Positions 16,971 to 21,240 of a stretch of DNA of 21,240 nucleotides are shown piece after piece. Below the pieces are notes generated by a model, which ran no database searches, was not told where the DNA came from, and saw nothing but the letters and a program-made list of their open reading frames with translations. The DNA comes from a virus (Duplodnaviria; Heunggongvirae; Uroviricota; Caudoviricetes). The position numbers and the translations under genes were made by a program. The first letter of the stretch is position 1. The number at the start of each line of letters is the position of its first letter. Where the stretch lies: the IMG/VR virus record IMGVR_UViG_2744054964_000005. One strand, given 5' to 3'.

Positions 16971-17415
16971 GTTTAAGCGTTTTGAAGACCGGCTGACCGG
17001 ACTGGTTGAATCGCTGTCACCGTCAGGGCGTCGGCGACTGAGCGCCGAACTGGCGAAACGTCTGCGGCAGAGTCAGCAGCGTCGGGTGATGGCTCAGAAA
17101 GCCCCGGACGGCACACCCTACGCGCCACGCCAGCAGCAGAGCGCCAGAAAAAAGACTGGTCGTGTTAAGCGAAAAATGTTTGCGAAACTTATCACCAGTC
17201 GTTTTTTGCATATCCGCGCCAGCCCGGAACAGGCATCAATGGAGTTTTACGGCGGGAAGTCACCGAAAATCGCCAGCGTGCATCAGTTCGGTCTGTCGGA
17301 AGAAAACCGGAAAGACGGTAAGAAAATTGATTATCCGGCGCGTCCTCTGCTCGGCTTTACCAGTGAGGATGTGCAGATGATTGAAGAGATTATCCTGGCT
17401 CACCTCGACCGTTAG
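16963..17415 (+). CDS. S: Tail completion protein S
   Basis: 150 aa; overlaps the R stop; last gene before the V promoter region. Confidence 0.8.
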   Translation: MNEFKRFEDRLTGLVESLSPSGRRRLSAELAKRLRQSQQRRVMAQKAPDGTPYAPRQQQSARKKTGRVKRKMFAKLITSRFLHIRASPEQASMEFYGGKSPKIASVHQFGLSEENRKDGKKIDYPARPLLGFTSEDVQMIEEIILAHLDR

Positions 17416-17481
17416 TTGTGCCATTCCCGACACCTCATCGTTACATTGCCGCCGGTATGACCCGGCGGCATCCTTCCCGTT
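17416..17481 (+). promoter_or_regulatory. S-V intergenic region: expected late promoter for the V operon, containing a 9-bp-stem GC hairpin (17447..17470)
   Basis: TGCCGCCGG-TATGAC-CCGGCGGCA perfect inverted repeat. P2 has a late promoter at this position. Confidence 0.4.
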
Positions 17482-18117
17482 ATGAACACTCTCGCAAATA
17501 TCCAGGAACTCGCGCGCGCACTGCGCAACATGATTCGTACCGGCCTTGTCGTCGAAACCAACCTTAAAGCCGGTCGCTGCCGTGTGCAGACCGGCGGCAT
17601 GTGCACCGACTGGCTTCAGTGGCTGACCCATCGCGCCGGACGTTCGCGCACATGGTGGGCACCTTCCGTGGGGGAACAGGTGCTGATTCTGGCCGTGGGC
17701 GGTGAACTCGACACGGCGTTCGTTCTGCCGGGGATTTATTCCGGCGATAACCGCGCGCCGTCTGCGTCGGCGGATGCCCTGCATATCCGTTTCCCTGACG
17801 GGGCGGTGATTGAGTATGAACCCGAAACCAGTGCACTCACGGTAAGCGGAATTAAAACGGCCAGCGTGACGGCTTCTGATTCTGTTACTGCCACGGTACC
17901 GGTGGTCACGGTGAAAGCGTCAACCCGTGTCACCCTGGACACACCGGAAGTGGTCTGCACTAACAAACTGACTACCGGCACGCTGGAAGTGCAGAAGGGC
18001 GGGACGATGCGCGGCAACATTGAACACACCGGCGGTGAACTCTCATCAAACGGTAAGGTACTGCATACCCACAAACACCCCGGCGACAGCGGCGGCACAA
18101 CCGGGAGTCCTTTATGA
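17482..18117 (+). CDS. V: Baseplate spike/assembly protein V
   Basis: 211 aa; position and length as in P2. Confidence 0.85.
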   Translation: MNTLANIQELARALRNMIRTGLVVETNLKAGRCRVQTGGMCTDWLQWLTHRAGRSRTWWAPSVGEQVLILAVGGELDTAFVLPGIYSGDNRAPSASADALHIRFPDGAVIEYEPETSALTVSGIKTASVTASDSVTATVPVVTVKASTRVTLDTPEVVCTNKLTTGTLEVQKGGTMRGNIEHTGGELSSNGKVLHTHKHPGDSGGTTGSPL

Positions 18118-18461
18118 CAGCGCGTTATCTCGGAATGAATCGCAGTAATGGCCTGACTGTCACTGACCTTGAGCATATCAGCCAGAGTATCGGCGATATC
18201 CTGCGTACACCGGTCGGCTCACGGGTGATGCGTCGTGATTACGGCTCGTTGCTGGCATCAATGATTGACCAGCCGCAGACTCCGGCGCTTGAGTTGCAGA
18301 TTAAGGTCGCCTGTTACATGGCGGTACTGAAATGGGAACCCCGCGTCACCCTGTCATCCGTCACCACGGCGCGCAGTTTTGACGGGCGAATGACGGTCAC
18401 GTTAACCGGTCAGCACAACGACACCGGCCAGCCACTTTTGTTAACCATCCCTGTGAGTTGA
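18114..18461 (+). CDS. W: Baseplate assembly protein W (T4 gp25-like)
   Basis: 115 aa; GGGAG Shine-Dalgarno; start overlaps the V stop. Confidence 0.85.
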   Translation: MTARYLGMNRSNGLTVTDLEHISQSIGDILRTPVGSRVMRRDYGSLLASMIDQPQTPALELQIKVACYMAVLKWEPRVTLSSVTTARSFDGRMTVTLTGQHNDTGQPLLLTIPVS

Positions 18462-18465
18462 AACC

Positions 18466-19374
18466 ATGCCGATTATCGACCTGAACCAGCTACCCGCACC
18501 GGATGTGGTCGAGGAGCTGGACTTTGAAACCATTCTTGCCGAACGCAAGGCGACACTGATTTCCCTTTACCCGGAAGACCAGCAGGAGGCGGTCGCCCGT
18601 ACCCTGACGCTGGAATCCGAGCCTCTCGTCAAACTGCTGGAGGAAAACGCTTATCGTGAGCTTATCTGGCGTCAGCGTGTGAATGAGGCCGCACGGGCGG
18701 TGATGCTGGCCTGTGCCGCCGGTAATGACCTTGATGTGATTGGTGCCAATTACAACACCACGCGCCTGATTATCACCCCGGCAGATGATTCGACCATCCC
18801 GCCGACACCGGCAGTGATGGAGTCTGACACCGATTATCGTCTGCGTATTCAGCAGGCGTTTGAGGGCTTAAGCGTCGCCGGGTCTGTGGGAGCCTATCAG
18901 TATCATGGTCGCAGTGCCGACGGGCGTGTCGCGGATATCTCTGTCACCAGTCCGTCTCCGGCCTGCGTCACTATCTCCGTGCTGTCACGTGAAAATAACG
19001 GCGTCGCATCCGAAGACCTGCTGGCCGTGGTGCGTAACGCCCTTAATGGCGAGGACGTCAGGCCGGTGGCCGACCGCGTGACCGTGCAGTCTGCCGCCAT
19101 TGTTGAATATCAGATAAACGCCACGCTTTACCTTTACCCAGGTCCCGAAAGCGAACCCATCCGCGCTGCTGCCGTGAAAAAACTGGAAGCGTACATCACG
19201 GCACAGCACCGGCTTGGGCGCGACATCCGTCTGTCTGCCATTTATGCCGCTTTGCATGTGGAAGGCGTGCAACGTGTCGAACTGACTGCACCTCTGGCTG
19301 ACATTGTGCTCAACAGTACGCAGGCGTCTTTCTGCACCGAATACAGCGTCGTGACCGGAGGCTCGGATGAGTGA
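18466..19374 (+). CDS. J: Baseplate assembly protein J
   Basis: 302 aa; position and length as in P2. Confidence 0.85.
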   Translation: MPIIDLNQLPAPDVVEELDFETILAERKATLISLYPEDQQEAVARTLTLESEPLVKLLEENAYRELIWRQRVNEAARAVMLACAAGNDLDVIGANYNTTRLIITPADDSTIPPTPAVMESDTDYRLRIQQAFEGLSVAGSVGAYQYHGRSADGRVADISVTSPSPACVTISVLSRENNGVASEDLLAVVRNALNGEDVRPVADRVTVQSAAIVEYQINATLYLYPGPESEPIRAAAVKKLEAYITAQHRLGRDIRLSAIYAALHVEGVQRVELTAPLADIVLNSTQASFCTEYSVVTGGSDE

Positions 19375-19978
19375 TTCGCGCCTGCTGCCGACCGGCTCAT
19401 CACCGCTTGAAGTCGCCGCCGCAAGAGCCTGTGCGGAAATTGAAAAAACGCCGGTCAGTATTCGTGAGCTGTGGAACCCGGATACCTGTCCGGCAAATCT
19501 GCTGCCGTGGCTGGCGTGGTCATTTTCGGTTGACCGCTGGGATGATAAGTGGCCGGAAGCGACAAAACGCGCTGTTATCCGCGATGCGTATTTCATTCAC
19601 TGCCATAAGGGCACTATTGGTGCGATTCGCCGTGTGGTGGAGCCGCTCGGCTATCTGATTGAGGTGAGGGAGTGGTGGCAGCTCAACGAGGAGCCGGGGA
19701 CGTTCCGCATCGTTGTTGGCGTGCTTGAGCAGGGTATTACCGAGGAAATGTATCAGGAGCTGGAGCGTCTCGTTGCTGATGCAAAACCTGCAAGCCGCCA
19801 TCTGACGGGACTGGCTATCAGTTTAAGTACAACCGGCAACATTTTTGCCGGTGCGGGATGCTATCACGGCGACGCCCTGACGGTTTATCCCTACACCCCG
19901 GAGGCCATTATTGTCGGAGGGGATTATTTCCCAGCCTCGGCCATTCATTTAATTGATAACCTGAGAGTAAACGCATGA
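19367..19978 (+). CDS. I: Baseplate/tail protein I
   Basis: 203 aa; GGAGG Shine-Dalgarno; overlaps the J stop and the H start. Confidence 0.8.
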   Translation: MSDSRLLPTGSSPLEVAAARACAEIEKTPVSIRELWNPDTCPANLLPWLAWSFSVDRWDDKWPEATKRAVIRDAYFIHCHKGTIGAIRRVVEPLGYLIEVREWWQLNEEPGTFRIVVGVLEQGITEEMYQELERLVADAKPASRHLTGLAISLSTTGNIFAGAGCYHGDALTVYPYTPEAIIVGGDYFPASAIHLIDNLRVNA

Positions 19979-21240
19979 CAGTGAAATACTACGCCATTCT
20001 GACTAATCAGGGCGCAGCACGGCTGGCTAACGCGACGATGCTCGGCAGTAAGCTGAATCTGACGCAAATGGCCGTTGGTGATGCGAATGGTGTCTTGCCG
20101 ACACCAGACCCGGCACAGACAAAACTGATTAACCAGAAACGCATCGCGCCGCTGAATCTTCTGAGTGTTGACCCGAACAACCAGAGCCAGATTATTGCGG
20201 AGCAAATCATCCCTGAGAACGAGGGCGGATTCTGGATCCGTGAGATTGGGCTTTATGATGATGAAGGCGTACTCATTGCGGTGGCGAACTGCCCGGAAAC
20301 GTACAAACCGCAGTTGCAGGAAGGCAGTGGTCGTACCCAGACTATCCGCATGATTCTGGTTGTCACGAATACCGAAGCTATTACGCTGAAAATCGACCCG
20401 TCGGTGGTACTGGCGACCCGTAAATACGTGGATGATGAAGTCCTGGAATTAAGGCTGTATGTGGATGACCAGATGAGAAACCACATTGCCGCACAGGATC
20501 CTCATACCCAGTATGCACAGAAACATAATCCGACATTTACCGGAGAACCAAAAGCGCCGACGCCTGCCGCAGGAAATAACACCACGCGGATTGCGACCAC
20601 TGAGTTTGTTCAGGCCGCTATTACCGCTCTGATTAACGGTGCGCCAGCCACGCTGGACACACTGAAAGAAATTGCCGCAGCCATTAACAATGACCCGAAA
20701 TTCAGTACCACCATTAACAATGCGCTGTCAGGTAAGCAGCCACTGGACAATACGCTGACTCATTTGAGTGGAAAGGATGTTGCCGGTCTTCTCGCATACC
20801 TTGGTTTGGGAGAAGGCTCAGCGTTACCCATTGGTGTGCCTGTTCCGTGGCCTTCCGCCACTCCGCCAACAGGCTGGCTGAAATGCAATGGTGCGGCTTT
20901 TTCTGCTGAAGAGTATCCGGAACTGGCAAAGGCTTACCCGAACAATAAATTGCCAGATTTACGTGGTGAGTTTATTCGTGGCTGGGATGACGGGCGCGGT
21001 ATTGACGCGGGGCGCGGAATTCTGTCCGCTCAGGGTGACGCCATTCGAAATATCGTTGGGCATATCTCATTCGTGCGTTGTGGGCCTGAAAGTTCAGACC
21101 GTGCCGATGGCGCGTTTAGATACGATAGCAACTGGTCTACAAAAATTAAATCGACTGATTTAGCAGACAACTGGGGGAGCGTAGTCTCATTTGATGCCAG
21201 TCGCGTAGTTCCAACTGCACCAGAAAACCGTCCACGCAGT
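19975..21240 (+). CDS. H: Tail fibre protein H, 5' partial (runs off the window end); C-terminal part shows a tail-collar-type receptor-binding motif
   Basis: ATG at 19975 overlaps the I stop (ATGA). The frame stays open for 422 codons to the window end. The N-terminus has the P2-type fibre signature (TNQGAARLANAT...MAVGDANG). Not in the ORF track because no stop lies within the window. Confidence 0.85.
   Translation, partial: MTVKYYAILTNQGAARLANATMLGSKLNLTQMAVGDANGVLPTPDPAQTKLINQKRIAPLNLLSVDPNNQSQIIAEQIIPENEGGFWIREIGLYDDEGVLIAVANCPETYKPQLQEGSGRTQTIRMILVVTNTEAITLKIDPSVVLATRKYVDDEVLELRLYVDDQMRNHIAAQDPHTQYAQKHNPTFTGEPKAPTPAAGNNTTRIATTEFVQAAITALINGAPATLDTLKEIAAAINNDPKFSTTINNALSGKQPLDNTLTHLSGKDVAGLLAYLGLGEGSALPIGVPVPWPSATPPTGWLKCNGAAFSAEEYPELAKAYPNNKLPDLRGEFIRGWDDGRGIDAGRGILSAQGDAIRNIVGHISFVRCGPESSDRADGAFRYDSNWSTKIKSTDLADNWGSVVSFDASRVVPTAPENRPRS

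Larger units (their letters stand above)
1..21240. mobile_element. P2-like temperate prophage (partial: int through 5' part of tail-fibre gene H); both ends of the element lie outside the window
   Basis: Synteny int-C-cox-B-A-(cargo)-cos-Q-P-O-N-M-L-X-Y-K-lysA-lysB/lysC-R-S-V-W-J-I-H, with overlapping start/stop codons typical of P2 late operons and protein lengths matching P2 from memory (Q 344, N 357, M 247, Y 93, K 165, A 761 aa). Confidence 0.9.

Noticed and set aside
15575-19596. Antisense ORFs inside the lysis and tail genes (15575..16009, 17260..17784, 17736..18176, 18985..19596 at 203 aa)
   Set aside because: Overlap with syntenic P2 lysis and baseplate genes; compositional artefacts of GC-rich sequence.
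19945-21163. ORF-track calls overlapping tail-fibre gene H (19945..20205, 20007..20210, 20165..20353, 20253..20486, 20714..20929, 20888..21163)
   Set aside because: The real gene is the open-ended plus-strand frame starting at 19975, which the ORF track omitted because it has no stop in the window. The listed ORFs are alternative-frame or antisense artefacts.
1-21240. CRISPR arrays, tRNA or rRNA genes, IS elements
   Set aside because: No regularly spaced direct repeats, no tRNA-like cloverleaf region and no transposase-like ORFs were seen. The attachment site and any target tRNA would lie left of the integrase, outside the window.

Overview
The whole window is one P2-family (Peduovirus-like) temperate prophage of an enterobacterial host, read in prophage order: integrase (complete, at the left edge; attL lies outside the window), a C-type repressor, the divergent early operon (cox, small ORFs, B, four small early ORFs including a TraR/DksA-type zinc finger, and the rolling-circle initiator A), then an AT-rich cargo insertion, the cos site, and the late morphogenetic genes Q, P, O, N, M, L, X, the lysis cassette (Y, K, lysA, lysB with embedded lysC), R, S, V, W, J, I and the 5' part of the tail-fibre gene H, which runs off the right edge. 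Gene order, orientation, tight translational coupling and protein lengths match P2 as I remember it. Most ordinary element: the structural and lysis genes. Most interesting element: the cargo locus at 5893..7885, sitting exactly where P2 carries orf91/tin/old between gene A and cos. It holds a 55-aa ORF coupled to a 612-aa protein with no ATPase motif, a C-terminal R-x4-H (HEPN-like) signature and a hydrophobic C-terminal segment. I propose it as a candidate, possibly undescribed, single- or two-gene anti-phage (abortive-infection type) system. All calls rest on reading the sequence and the supplied ORF track plus recalled knowledge of P2 biology; no searches or computations were run, and base composition was judged by eye.
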